A stretch of 64,000 nucleotides of DNA from Camelus ferus (taxonomy: Eukaryota): NCBI RefSeq assembly GCF_009834535.1, contig NC_045696.1:36148001-36212000 (forward strand). Direction: 5' to 3'. The position numbers and the translations under genes were made by a program. Below are positions 41,636-53,500 of the stretch, piece after piece; position 1 is the first letter of the stretch; every line of letters begins with the position of its first letter. The notes beneath the pieces are model-generated. The model saw only the letters and a program-made list of their open reading frames with translations. It searched no databases and had not been told where the DNA came from.

Positions 41636-42111
41636 TGTAATGGGATGAATGGTGCCCCCCGCAAAAAAGGTATGGCCACATCTTAATCCCCCAAACCTAT
41701 GGATGTTACTTTGCTTGGGAAAAAAGTTCTCTGCAGACGTAATTAGATTAAATTAAAGATCTTGAGATGAGGAGATTATCCTGGTTTACCCTGATGGGCC
41801 CTAAATCCAAAGGCAAGCATCCTTGAAAGAGACAGATGAACAGGAGAGAAGACACACACAAAGGAAAAAGCAATGTAAAGATGGAGACAAGTTGGGGTGA
41901 TCTGGTCACAAGCCAAGAAAGCCAAGGAATTCTAAGAGCCACCAGAAGTTGGAAAAGGTAAGGAATGGAATCTCTGCTAGAGCCCCCAGAAGAAGCGCAG
42001 CTCTGCCAGATTCGGAACTTCTGGACTACAGAACTGAGAGAACAAATTTCCGTTGTTTCCAGTCACCAAGTTTGTGGTAACTGGTTACAGCAGCCTCCAG
42101 AAATGAATATG
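41636..42111 (+). mobile_element. MLT1 (MaLR) solo LTR
   Basis: tgtaatgggatgaatggtgcccc...gatcttgagatgaggagattatcctgg...cagaactgagagaacaaatttccgttg. Confidence 0.85.
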
Positions 42112-42171
42112 ATAAATAACAAATTGGTTTTGGAAGACTACAATTGGAAACATATTTTGAGAAACTGTTAA

Positions 42172-42262
42172 GGGTGATGTGCTGGAGCCAGCTCAGACAG
42201 GCTGGCAAGAATCGATTTTTGAATACTGAAGCATATTGCAAACTGGTTGTTGAACTGCCACC
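42172..42262. mobile_element. MER63-like hAT fragment
   Basis: gtgatgtgctggagccagctcagacaggctggcaagaatcgatt resembles recalled MER63 terminus. Confidence 0.5.
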
Positions 42263-42863
42263 AATCAGGGGTCCCCTCAGCCCCCAAGTCACTTTGCCAT
42301 TTCACTGCCACCTCTACTTTAAGCAGTCATGGGGGCTAAGGTGGTTCCCTCCCAGACGGGGTCTCCAGTCTGTTCACAGTTTCCACTCACTGGGCTAGTA
42401 GCCCTCTAGACTCTAACACTAGGAAATGTCTTCCTTTTCTTGGGAAAGGTGTCTTATGTCCTGTAGCTAGTTTTAATTATTATGGATAGTATGTATAGGA
42501 TAGGAAGGGGTGTGGATAAAGCAAGACAGGAATACAAAGAGTTGCTAAACATAGGAAAAGGATTTTTATAATAATGGACCTAACATGAAAGCTAGTTAAG
42601 CAGGGCATATTCAAACCCCACCCCACTTATCTCCACCCATCTCATACACATATTTCTACACTAACATTAGTTTTATTTATTTGTCTAGATTATTGAGATC
42701 AGATATTCTTAAGCCAAAAGACATTTTATGTCAAATCCTGGGGAATAGTGACTACATAAAACCTATGAACATGCCTCTACAGCCTGAGTGTCTGTTGATT
42801 TACAGTATACTTTTTCTTTCCAAATCAAAACTTTTACCTAAGGCTCAGCCACAGAAAACCTTC

Positions 42864-43002
42864 TGTTATGAATTGAATTGTGCTCTCCCAAAATGTTGAA
42901 GTCCTAATCCCTATTATCTCAGTATGTGACCTTATTTGAAGATAGGGTCTTTACAGAAGTAATCAAGTTATAATGAGGTCATTAGAGTGGGGCCTAATTC
43001 AG
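42864..43002 (+). mobile_element. MLT1 LTR 5' fragment
   Basis: tgttatgaattgaattgtg...atgttgaagtcctaatcc...gatagggtctttacagaagtaatcaagtta. Confidence 0.8.
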
Positions 43003-43642
43003 AATCAGTGAGGAAATGGAGACAGAGAATATTCATATAAATTTGAGGGAATATAAGTTGGTGTAGAAATTTAGAGAAATTTGCAATATCTATCAAATTT
43101 TTAAATTAACTTTTATTTTCACCTGTAATTTCAACTTTTAAAAACTACCACTTAAAAATACTTATTTATAAATTTGTGCATTTTAAATTCTTTTAAAAAA
43201 GCATGTATAATATTTGCAATTTTAAACAAACAAATAAAATTAAGTATTATCTGCAATGATAGGTTTCTAGCCCAACAGAACTGGTGAGTTCTGAGGCATT
43301 ATGGTGTCCACTATATGTCATTGAGCCAAGGCTCATCAATCTATCAGTCTGAAATTACAAAAACTGTAAGATAAACAAAAATTAAAGACTATTAGAATGG
43401 AATTCTACTTCTATAAAGTTCATATATGTTAGTTCATGACCTCCTAGGGAGCTGCCCAGCTGTAATCTGAAACCAACCCCATCTGCGAAGGACAAGGTGA
43501 GAACAAAGAAAGAGGCAGAACACTTCAGATCGGTAGGTGAAAGGCTTAATAAGAGAGGGAACTTACATAGGAGGCTTGTCTTGGGCAGCTGCAACACGAG
43601 TGGATCTCTGCACCCACCTGCCAAATCTTAAAAGTTGATGTA

Positions 43643-44280
43643 TGACCCAGTAATCCCACTCCTGGGCATATATCCAGAAGGAACCCTACTTCAAAAAGGC
43701 ATGTACACCCCAGTGTTCATAGCAGCACTATTTACAATAGCTAAGACATGGAAACAGCCTAAATGTCCATCAACAGATGACTGGATAAAGAAGATGTGGT
43801 ATATTTATACAATGGAATACTATTCAGCCATAAAAACCGACAACATAATGCCATTTGCAGCAACATGAATGTCCCTGGAGAATGTCATTCTAAGTGAAAT
43901 AAGCCAGAAAGAGAAAGAAAAATACCATATGAGATCACTCATATGTGGAATCTTAAAAAAAAAAAAAAAAAAAAAAAGAACATAAACACAAAGCAGAAAC
44001 AGACTCATAGACATAGAATACAAACTTGTGGTTGTCGGAGGGAGGCGGGTGGGAAGGGACAGACCGGGAGTTCGAAATTTGTAGATACCGACAGGTATAT
44101 ATAGAATAGATAAACAAGATTATACTGTATAGCACAGGGGAATATATACAATATCTTGCAGTAGCTCATGGTGAAATAGAATGCGACAATGAGTATATGC
44201 ATGTTCATGTGTAATTGAAAAATTGTGCTCTACGCTGGAAATTGACTCAACATTGTAAACTGACTATAACTCAATTAAAA
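43643..44280 (+). mobile_element. 5'-truncated L1 inserted in the proviral 3' LTR
   Basis: Perfect TSD aaaagttgatgta at 43630-43642 and 44281-44293; TT/AAAA endonuclease site; ORF2 C-terminal peptide. Confidence 0.95.
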
Positions 44281-44599
44281 AAAAGTTGATGTAGAGGCCT
44301 TAACTGTGTTCAGTTACGGATACCATCCAGATAGTCTCAAAAACACGTTCTCTCAAGGCTATGTCCTTGAAAATAACTCCTCCTTTGGGAATGGTGAGAA
44401 GAGCATACATTCCAAGCACAGGGGAAAAGGTGAGGAACCTCCACTTGCCTAGGTCCAGTTCTCAGGTCAACTGGTGCTCACTTCCTCTTGATGACCTCCT
44501 CCAATACTATGCCCTTCCTGACCAGCTCTTACAATCTCACACACCCTCTGCTCCCTCAATGTGCCCTGATGGGAGTCAGCAAGGGATTTCACTAGCTTG

Positions 44600-45560
44600 G
44601 AGGTGACTCATTTGGTGGCTATCTGGCTGCACTGCAGGCAGATACAACAGCAGCAATACAAGCACATGCCAGAGAAAATGCAGGCTAAGACAATAATTCC
44701 CAACATTGGTAATAACTTTGTCCACCAAGAGTTCTGTGACCTAAACCAGTTACTGTCCTCTAGGCTGGGGGTGGGAATCACTCATGGTGTTCAGTTGTGC
44801 CCTCATGTGATTAACAAACATGACACATTAGCAGACTCATCAGGTATGAACACATAACATTCTGTTTGGATGATGGCACAGATGTCTCCTTGCGAGGCAG
44901 CAAAAATGCCCAAGGCCATTCTATTTTAGAAGGCAGCTTTTGTCATTAGAGACACTTCAGTGTTCAGTAAAGACAGACTTTATTGGCTATCATTTAAGGC
45001 TTGCTATGTGGATTTAGTAAGGGGTTCCAAGTGTGCTATAATGTCATCCAGGCCAATGGAGGGAACAAATACATCAGCCAAATGACGGTCCTGTTGGGAA
45101 ACAGAATTTGTCCACCTGACCTGGAGGAGGAGGTCCATAGCTTTAGGAATCTGACCTGGTTGTGCATACCATATATGTTGGCAGGGAGAGGTAGCACCGT
45201 TGGGCATGAGGAGGTGGACTGGGGGTAGGATATGCCAGACAAGAACTCCCACCTTCTCCCCTCTTTCCTTGGTGACTATTCAGTTCCAAGAACAGTGCAT
45301 TTCAACAGGTCCAGCCTGGCAGCAGGACAATGGGCTCCCAGTAGAGACTGAGTAGTTCCCCCTCACCTGGGGGTGGGAAGTAACTCAGCCAATCCCAGTG
45401 GGATGTCCCATTGCAAATTCCAGTAAATAACCTTTCCCAGGCATGATGGGGCTTGGTGTTTTCAATATCACAGCATGTTGATCCGTGGTGAGAGTTGGGG
45501 CAGTAGCTGTTTTTTGAGACTTTCACCCCGTTACAGTCCTGGATACCTGGGCAGGGTGCT
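44600..45560 (-). pseudogene. Decayed retroviral env (SU/TM)
   Basis: Manual translation of 44821-45252 gives fusion-peptide region, heptad repeat, immunosuppressive domain and CX6CC (last C to Y) with three in-frame stops; boundaries approximate. Confidence 0.85.
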
Positions 45561-45800
45561 CCAATCTGGCATAGGGGATAACAGGCCCTACTGGTTGATC
45601 ATTCAAATGCATCAAAGCCGGGGACAGTACATTAGTCCACCGCCCAAGATGGTTTTACCTGTAATTTAATCTACTGCTGTAATATTCCATTTTTCCTTTC
45701 TACTACCCCTGTTGCTCGTGGGTTACAAGGGAGGTGAAACTTCCATCAATATTATGTTCTTTTGTCAGTCTTGCACATTATGACCTTTTAACTGTAACCC

Positions 45801-46900
45801 TCAATCACGATCTATTTGATGAGAGTGTCTGTACACAGTAGTCAGCTTCTCTAATCCCCTAATAGTAGCAACATGGTTTGCATGGCAACAGGATAAATGT
45901 TGAATTAAACCAAACATGGTGTCCACAGAAACCAAGGCACACTTAGAACCTTCACTCACAGGAAGGGTGCCAGTATAATTAATTTGCCAATCCTCCACTG
46001 GTTGGGAACACTGGTGAATGACCCTAGACTCCTTTGTCTGTTGCCTTGGACATTGTTTAGATCACACCGGACTTATCACATTAACCAAGACACTATATTT
46101 TAAGGGCAACCCACATCCTTGACAATGTGCCATCCCACCTGAGCACTGAAGTGGCCAGTCTTTCTTTGCATTCAATCAGCTGTAGCTACTGAAGAGTCAA
46201 TTGCTAGGACTGGTATCCAAGCTAGGGCATCAGCTTGCTGATTGCCAGGGGTTGTCAGTGCCTTTGACCTAGTTGTGCATACCATGGACAGGACATGGAA
46301 AACAGTGAGGACTGCCTCAGGCTCTTGTAAGTGAATCCAAACATCCCTCTACACATCCTGACTTCACAAGGTCTCACTCATGGATAATCTACCTCTTGGC
46401 TTTCCATTATCCGAACCATAGGGTTAATCTCTTTAGAACATCCCAAATGTCAGTCTAAGGGGTTAATGGCCAGGGTTCATGAGTGATCATCAACCAAACC
46501 ACTCTAAGTTCAGCCTTTCCCAAGAGGCTTCACCTGGAGGAGGGCTGTGTATAGTGCTAGGAATTGTTGCTCTATGGGGACACATCAGGTTTCTGTCCCC
46601 TTCCAGAGCTGGGACCAAAGTCCTAGGAGCACTCTCCTCTTCTGTTGTCTCTGCCACAGTGTCTCACCCATACCTTCTGGAGTTACAGATATATCTAATT
46701 CAAATGATTGCCCTGTTTGGGAGATGCCCAGAGAGTTCATCTGCTTTACTAATATTATTGTCTTCTCCAAGGCAGCTTGTTGCTCTGATCCCCAGTCCAA
46801 CATGTGCCCTTTCTTTACCAGTGGTATAAAGGATGGAGGCACTGTGCCAGGTGGAGAATAAAAGTCCTCCCAAACCCCCAAATCCCTACAAAAGTTTGCA
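45801..46900 (-). pseudogene. Decayed pol (RT connection/RNase H/integrase core)
   Basis: ORFs 46585-46881 and 45801-45998 carry retroviral motifs; GNQQADALA RNase H end near 46225-46250. Confidence 0.85.
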
Positions 46901-47921
46901 CTTCTTTCATGTTCTTAGGGGTTGGACAGGCTTGAGACTTGTCCCAACTCCTGAGAATTTGTCGTACTACCTCTCTAGACTTCCAAAGCCCTTCATGCCC
47001 AGGGGTTAGCCCTCACTGGGCCAAGCCCCCCTGCAGGACAGAATACTCCAATCTATAAGGGAGTGATTCCCTTGAATGCCCTCTCCCCAGCATCATGCAG
47101 GTGCTGCCTGCCAAAGGGCGGGGAGTGTGGAGTGGTGTTGCTCATTTTCTCTGTCTTCTGCCAGGGCAGAGAAATGCCAACACCCCCTGTATCCCAAAGC
47201 TGCACTAACCATGCCTAAGTACGTTCCTTGTCCGTCTACTGGAACTTGGCAGCTATATCAATAAGCTCAGAGGGAAGACATTTTCTCATTATGACTGCTT
47301 CCTAAATTGGGGACTGCCCCACTGGCTGCGGTCATCGATGCTGAAATTTTGCTTTCCTTTGTGTTAGGGGTCAGACGGACACGGGATATTTCTTCCATTT
47401 CACTATCAATCAAGACAACATTCTCCTCTTCACTCTCCTCATTTTCCCAGGAAAGTCCTAATCTTAAAGTCTTAATCAGGCTTTGGCACAAGGTCTGTGA
47501 CCTGAATCCATGGCAGTTTGCACCCTCCTAGCTTTGCAAAATGCACGTCAAATTCTCCAACTTCTTATCCTGCTCTCCCAGCTTGTCTGCCAGCTCCAGG
47601 GGAGCAGGACAGTGGACACTCACCTGTCCTTCTCTAACCTCAGCTCTTCTTCCAACTTTCTAACTCAAGTTTCATCCTCTAGATGGGCAACTGCATCCAG
47701 CGACTTGCCCATAGTGTGGGCCAGCCCACTGGCAGCCATACATTTCTCTTCTTTGCTGCAGTTCACTCTGTGCAGTTCCTCAAACATGCACATTAAATTC
47801 TTGTATTCATGCATCAGTCAGCAAGCATTTAACATATAGGCCACCCCTCCCCACATGTAGGTCAATGCCAACCTGAGATTTCCCCCAACAATATCTCTTT
47901 CCCAATGCCCATTGCTTGGGT

Positions 47922-47939
47922 CTCCTGGCGAGCTTGCCA
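47922..47939 (-). promoter_or_regulatory. Primer-binding site, tRNA-Arg(ACG)-like
   Basis: TGGCAAGCTCGCCAGGAG, 4 nt after the 5' LTR; 15/18 match to TGGCGAGCCAGCCAGGAG, the complement of the recalled tRNA-Arg(ACG) 3' end. Confidence 0.7.
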
Positions 47940-48859
47940 CTTGTGTTAGAAATCTCCCCAGAAGGGAGATGCCCAGGAGAAATCTGAAACTGGACCCCCA
48001 TACAGGGAAGGAAGACAGGCCACTCCTGTTTGGTAGGTGGCAGGTTTCATAAGCAAGGTAACTTACTTACAAGGCTTGTCTTGGGCAGCCAGAAGATGAA
48101 TAGATCTGTGTACTTTGCCCACCAGAATTTTAAAGTTTATATAGAAAACTCACCTGGGTTCAGTCACATATACCAATCCAGATAGTCTTAAGAAAACACT
48201 GGTCTCTCAAGGCTGCATCCTTGAAAATGGCTTCCACTGTGGGAACAGTGGAGAGTGTATGTTCTAAGCACAGGGGTGGGGGTGAGGAGCCTCTGATTTC
48301 CCAGGTCCAGCTCTTGGATCAAATGGGGGTCATGTTCTCTTGATTATCTCTTTCAACAATATGTCACCACCACATATTTTGTTTACAATAAAAACATTTG
48401 TAGAAGGTAGATTTTTTATTTTTCCCCAATTTCAGAGAATTTGTGTATAGTAGAGATAATATAAGGTAATTTCCTAAATGCAGCTTTGTCAATGGCAGAT
48501 TTGATATATTTGTTCATATCTACATACCAAAATCTTCACAATCTGATTGTTGAGTTCCCAATAAGTTTTTAAAAAGTCAACTTTGACAGCAACGTAGTCC
48601 ATTTCATCTAGAAATCCATGTAGATATGTCTGTGTAGTATTACAGAGAGCACTTGTTTATATTACAAACTTCAGATATGAACAAATAAAACAAAATCAAA
48701 AAGTGTGATAACTTGCAAAAGAACCACTTAAGTTTTACTAAGACTTTCTAACCCATATAAAGGTAAATTCAAGAGAAAATTTGATATTTCAATCCAGCAA
48801 GTGTTGTTTTTAGAACATTTTTAAGAGCCATAATAGACACAGCATGAATCATGTAGAAG

Positions 48860-51265
48860 AGACATGACACCGGGTGTGCCTCCACCCCCAGGCAAGAGAT
48901 AGTTACTCCCAGGCCTTGTGATTGATTGGCTGGTTAGTTGGTTGGTTGATTGTTTGACAACTCAGTTTCCCTGCGCTCTGGCTGATTGGGAGCTCAGGTT
49001 TCTTGTGTTCTGGATTTTTCCTTTCCCTTTCCTCTCCCTTGGCCCAATCCTCATTTCTTTCTAAGCTATCTAAGATTCCCCCTTCTAGTCATAAGACCCC
49101 AAATCTTGGGGACGTAGAGAGCGAGGACCACTCTAGCTACTTCCTGCTGATCTGGGGCAATGAGGGAGCTCACTGGGGTCCCAAACTAGCTGGCTGTCCT
49201 TGGGCCTGATGTGAGTAAAGGGTCAGTGTTCATCAAGGGGCTTGTATAGAAGTGGTCTTGGCTGATTGGTTGATTATCTTGTTATATAATCATCTGAAAT
49301 TTATCTCTAGTCGAGAAGAAACACTTTTCATAAGAAGGTTGAAAAGACAGAGGTCAAATATACAGAGCTAATCCTAGCCAAAGGATGAAAGGGGCAAACA
49401 AGGATCTCAAACAACATTGATTTCCATGCTTTCTGTTGGTTTAGGTTTTAGAAAGCAGATGTTGGAGTTTTAGTCCAGTGAACTAAAGGAGGAGTCAAAA
49501 GAGGGACCCTAATGTCAGAGACTTTTTAAATTAGTATTAAAACAGTTTGCTGGGGGCCCTAAAAGAGAAAAGATTTGAACCAGGGGACATTTAAGAAAGA
49601 GGTTTATCTAACAGGGATCCATAGTCCCCTAGGGCGATGGAAGAGTCTCACCAGAGTGTTGCTTGGAAAGCAGTCGCAGATAGCTAAGAGGGTCACAAGA
49701 ATATGTGGCTCCCATCAGTGAACCAGATCTCATCAAGGTTTTCCAGGGGTTGTTTGGTGAGTTCTGTTCTAGCTCCTAGAATGGATAGGGTCTCATGACA
49801 TAGGTGAAAGGGAAGAGACTCGTCTGGTGATGGTAACAGTGTAGCAGGATTGAGTGCCCCACAAATGGAGACAGTGACATCTGGGTTTTCCAGTAAGAAT
49901 GCCTGCTATTTAAGAAGCCGAGCATCTCACATGACTTAACAAGAAAGAAACAAACAACCCCATCCAAAAATGGGCAAAAGACCTAAACAAGCAATTCTCC
50001 AAGGAAGACATACAAATGATCAATAGGCACATGAAAAAATTTTCAATATCACTAATTATAAGAGAAATGCAAATAAAAACTACAAGGAGGTATCACCTCA
50101 CACCAGTCAGAATGGCCATCATTCACAAGTCCACAAATGACAAATGCTGGAGAGGCTGTAGAGAAAAGGGAACCCTCCTACACTGCTGGTGGGAATGTAG
50201 TTTGGGGCAGCCACTGTGGAAAACAGTATGGAGATTCCTCAAAAGACTAGGAATAGACTTACCATACGACCCAGGAATCCCACTCCTGGGCATATATCCA
50301 GAAGGAACTCTACTTCAAGAAGACACCTGCACCCCAATGTTCATAGCAGCACTATTTACAATAGCCAAGACATGGAAACAGCATAAATGTCCATCAACAG
50401 ATGACTGGATAAAGAAGCTATGGTATATTTATATGATGGAATACTATTCAGCCATAAAAACCAACAACATAACGCCATTTGCAGCAACATGGATGTTCCT
50501 GGAGAATGTCATTCTAAGTGAAGTAAGCCAGAAAGAGAAAGAAAAATACCATATGAAATCGCTCATATGCGGAATCTAAAAAAACAGAACATAAATACAA
50601 AATAGAAACGGACTTCTAGACATAGAATACAAACTTGTGGTTGCCAAGGGAGTAGGGGGTGGGAAGGGACAGACTGGGATTTCAAAATGTAGAATAGATA
50701 AACAGGATTATACTGTATAGCACAGGGAAATATATTCAAGATCTTATGGTAACTCACAGCAAAAAAAAATGTGACAATGAATATATGTATGTTCATATGT
50801 AACCGAAAAATTGTGCTCTACTCTGGAATTTGACACAACATTGTAAAATGACTATAACTCAATAAAAAAAGTTTTTAAAAAGTTATATTAAATCCTATTA
50901 TATTAGTTTCTAATAATAATAAACAATTAAAAAAAAAAAAAAGCCGAGCATCTGAGAGCCAGAAATGTCCCTTGCCTTTTAAAAGGTCAGAAATTTGATG
51001 GTTGGCGTATGCTTGTATAGGGGCCCCCAAAGTTAGCTTAAAAGCTTCCTCCAGGAGAGTGGAGAGGGCTCCCTACACTCTTAGGCAGGAAGGCCAGCCT
51101 CAAGCAATGGGATCTAACCATGTGGAGAGGTATCCCATAGGCTGTTGGGTAGGATTCACCTGTTGGGTGAAGATCCCCCAAGGCTATCCCTCCTCTCTCA
51201 TGAACATAGAACTGGAAGGGCCTTGTGGGATCTGGAAAGGCCAGGAATCTTACTAGCAGATCCAT
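48860..51265 (-). mobile_element. Class I (gamma-like) ERV remnant: pol RNase H region, env tail, PPT and partial 3' LTR
   Basis: FPDPTRPFQFYVHERGGIALG; LLENPDVTVSICGALNPATLLP; QPLENLDEIWFTDGS; env tail CLFNLLMKSVSSRLE; PPT AGAAGGGGGAA at 49076-49086; interrupted by an L1. Confidence 0.85.
49928..50940 (+). mobile_element. Young 5'-truncated L1 with open ORF2 C-terminus and probable 3' transduction
   Basis: ORF 50016-50579 uninterrupted with CCHC motif [21 protein letters not shown] aagccgagcatct at 49915-49927 and 50941-50953. Confidence 0.95.
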
Positions 51266-51759
51266 TGCCAAAGCAGTATTTTCTTAACAATGGAAGATGA
51301 TTTAGAAAAAGACTTACCTACCAGAGTATGTTTTATGCCAAAAATTTGGTTTGTTTTAGAAGCACACACATTTTCACCCTTTTATTTTCTATATGAAAAG
51401 TATACTTAAAGTGAGTTTTTTTCATACAACCATGATTTTTCACATAGTGTAAAAGGTATATTGTATACTAGAGTAAGTTATTTTCTTATGGTAGAAGAGG
51501 GAATTTTTTGGTATTTGTTTTTAATAAAGTCTTTTTACCAGAAAACATGGCAAAATAAAGATATACTTCAAAAATGTTTTGTAGAAATATAGCTTTTTTG
51601 GATGCCTTAAATAAGAAGGCTTCTGAAAAACAGCAGGAAGTTTTATTTCATAGTGGGCATCTGCAAGAGGTTGCCAGGACCTCTTCTTTGGGGCTGCCTG
51701 CACTCTCATCCCCATCCCATCCACCTTGCTTCAGGAGGGAATCTTATTTCTGTGATGCT

Positions 51760-51945
51760 CCTTAGAATCACCTTCAGGGTTTTTAAAGTCTCTATTGCCC
51801 AGTCTATACACCAAACCAGCTAAATGAGGATCTTGAGCTGGAGGCTAGGGGTTGGGGGCATGGGAGTGGAAGAGGAGGTGAATTGGCAGTGCTTTTAAAG
51901 GTCCACAGGTGATTTCACTATGCAGTCAAGTTTGAGAACCACTGG
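51760..51945. mobile_element. MER5A-type fragment
   Basis: ttagaatcacc...ccacaggtgatttcactatgcagtcaagtttgagaaccactg. Confidence 0.7.
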
Positions 51946-51969
51946 TTTAATATGCCTTCACATCACCGT

Positions 51970-52365
51970 TGATTGACTTGGTATTGAACACTTAACCCAG
52001 GCTAAGCCAATCAGATCTTTCCCATGGAATTCTGAAACTGGGACTGAAAGATAACAATGATTATTACTGTGCCATGTCAGAGCTGTATGTGACATGAAAA
52101 TGTCAATTCAGAGCAGTTGTCAGCCATGTTCCATAATGTAACTGAAGAGTTGAAGACACCAGTATGTATTACTAGAGCAAAATAGAAAGAAATAGCAATG
52201 AGAAACAATATTGAGGAAACTTCCTTAGTTCACTGCAGCAACCCAAGCTCTATGACTTTCAACCCTTGAATTCCATAAGTTAACCAAATACCTTTCCAAA
52301 AATTCTCTTTTTGCTTAAGCTAGTTCCAACTGAGTCTTCTATTGCCAACCAGTGGTGTCCTAATT
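51970..52365 (+). mobile_element. Old MLT1-type LTR
   Basis: acccaggctaagccaatcaga...tttttgcttaagctagttccaactgagtcttctattgccaacc. Confidence 0.5.
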
Positions 52366-52726
52366 CTTCTATGTCAGTAACAGAGGAGCATTTAGTGTTA
52401 AGTATTGAGAGTCTGATTTTTGTTTAATATAAAGAAGAGCTTTCTAACAGTCAGAGGTGACCATGGCAGACATGGAAGTGTACTGCTTAGACCATCTTCA
52501 ATAGAACCTGCTAGAGGAACAGAGTTCACTGACAGCCCCATTCCTGGCAAATTGTTAGAAGAGCATGATCCCTATCTACTCCTACAGCAGATTCCTTGAT
52601 GACAGATTTCCGGTACTTGGGGGTATACACTCTCTAGTAGCTACTTGGCCAAGAGTTCCACCTCCAGGGACATCATCTCCACACCAAGTCATGGTTGCCA
52701 TCCTCACCTTGGATAATCTACTTTAG

Positions 52727-53500
52727 CACCCTCTTCTTCTTCCTGCCTCTCTCTATGTTTTTCTATCTCTTTTTCTCTCTGACTTCATCTCTATCACTCT
52801 CTTTCCATGTCATTTCTTTCACTTTTTTCCTTTTTAATTTTTATTATTCTATTTTCCTGCTTTGTTTTTTCAGACATAGTCACGTTTTTATTGATTTCTA
52901 TGTCTGCCTCTCTTTCTTGTTGTTTCTCCTGGCATTCTTTCCCTTTTTGTTTCCATTTATATTTGTTCTTTCTTTCCATCTCTCCTTTCTCTATGCCTGG
53001 CTCACCTTCCTTTGTTCTACCCAATTCTTTTCTCTCTTTTTATGTTCACCTGGTCTTATCTTCTCTTTCTCTCTCCCTTTGTTCTTTCCTAAACTTTTCT
53101 TCTTTCAACTTATTTTTTTAAATTTCTACTTCATTATCTCTGTCTCTCTTTAATCTCTCTGTAGATCTCCATTTGTCACTATCTACTTTTATTTGTCTAC
53201 AGTAGATATTTTATTTCTTTTTAAATTTTTTCTCTATGTCTGCTTTATCCTCTTCACTCAGTATCTTTTGGTAGTCTTTCCTTCCTCTCCTTTATTCTTC
53301 ATTTTGTATCTTGCCGAATATTTCACTGAATCTGTTTTCATATCCTTCATATCTTCTCCCATTTTCTCTTTTCTTCATTGTCTTATTCTCTCCTGCTGGC
53401 TTTGTTCTCACATACACACACACACACACACACCCTGTTCCTCTCTATTCTTTTCTCCTGTCCCTATTTTTCACCCTATTTTTTTTCTTTATGTCTGTCC
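52727..53500. repeat. About 770-bp CT-rich low-complexity polypyrimidine tract
   Basis: Strong pyrimidine skew on + strand with no fixed repeat unit; includes (CA)n near 53414-53433. Confidence 0.85.

Larger units (their letters stand above)
43427..48358 (-). mobile_element. Class III (ERVL/HERV-S-like) provirus with two LTRs and decayed gag, pol and env
   Basis: 5' LTR 47944-48358 and 3' LTR 43427-44506 are homologous; 5-bp TSD atata/atatg; PBS 47922-47939; gag coiled-coil VRKLEEELRLEK; RT connection LDWGSEQQAALEK...FELDISV; integrase WQINYTGTLPVSEG...VSVDT; env TM F*NRMALGIFAASQGDICAIIQTECY. Confidence 0.9.

Noticed and set aside
44600..45560. env as a domesticated syncytin-like gene
   Set aside because: At least three in-frame stops in TM, CX6CC mutated and SU fragmented
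50016..50579. Longest ORF (187 aa) as a host gene
   Set aside because: It is the L1 ORF2 C-terminus in a 5'-truncated, promoterless copy
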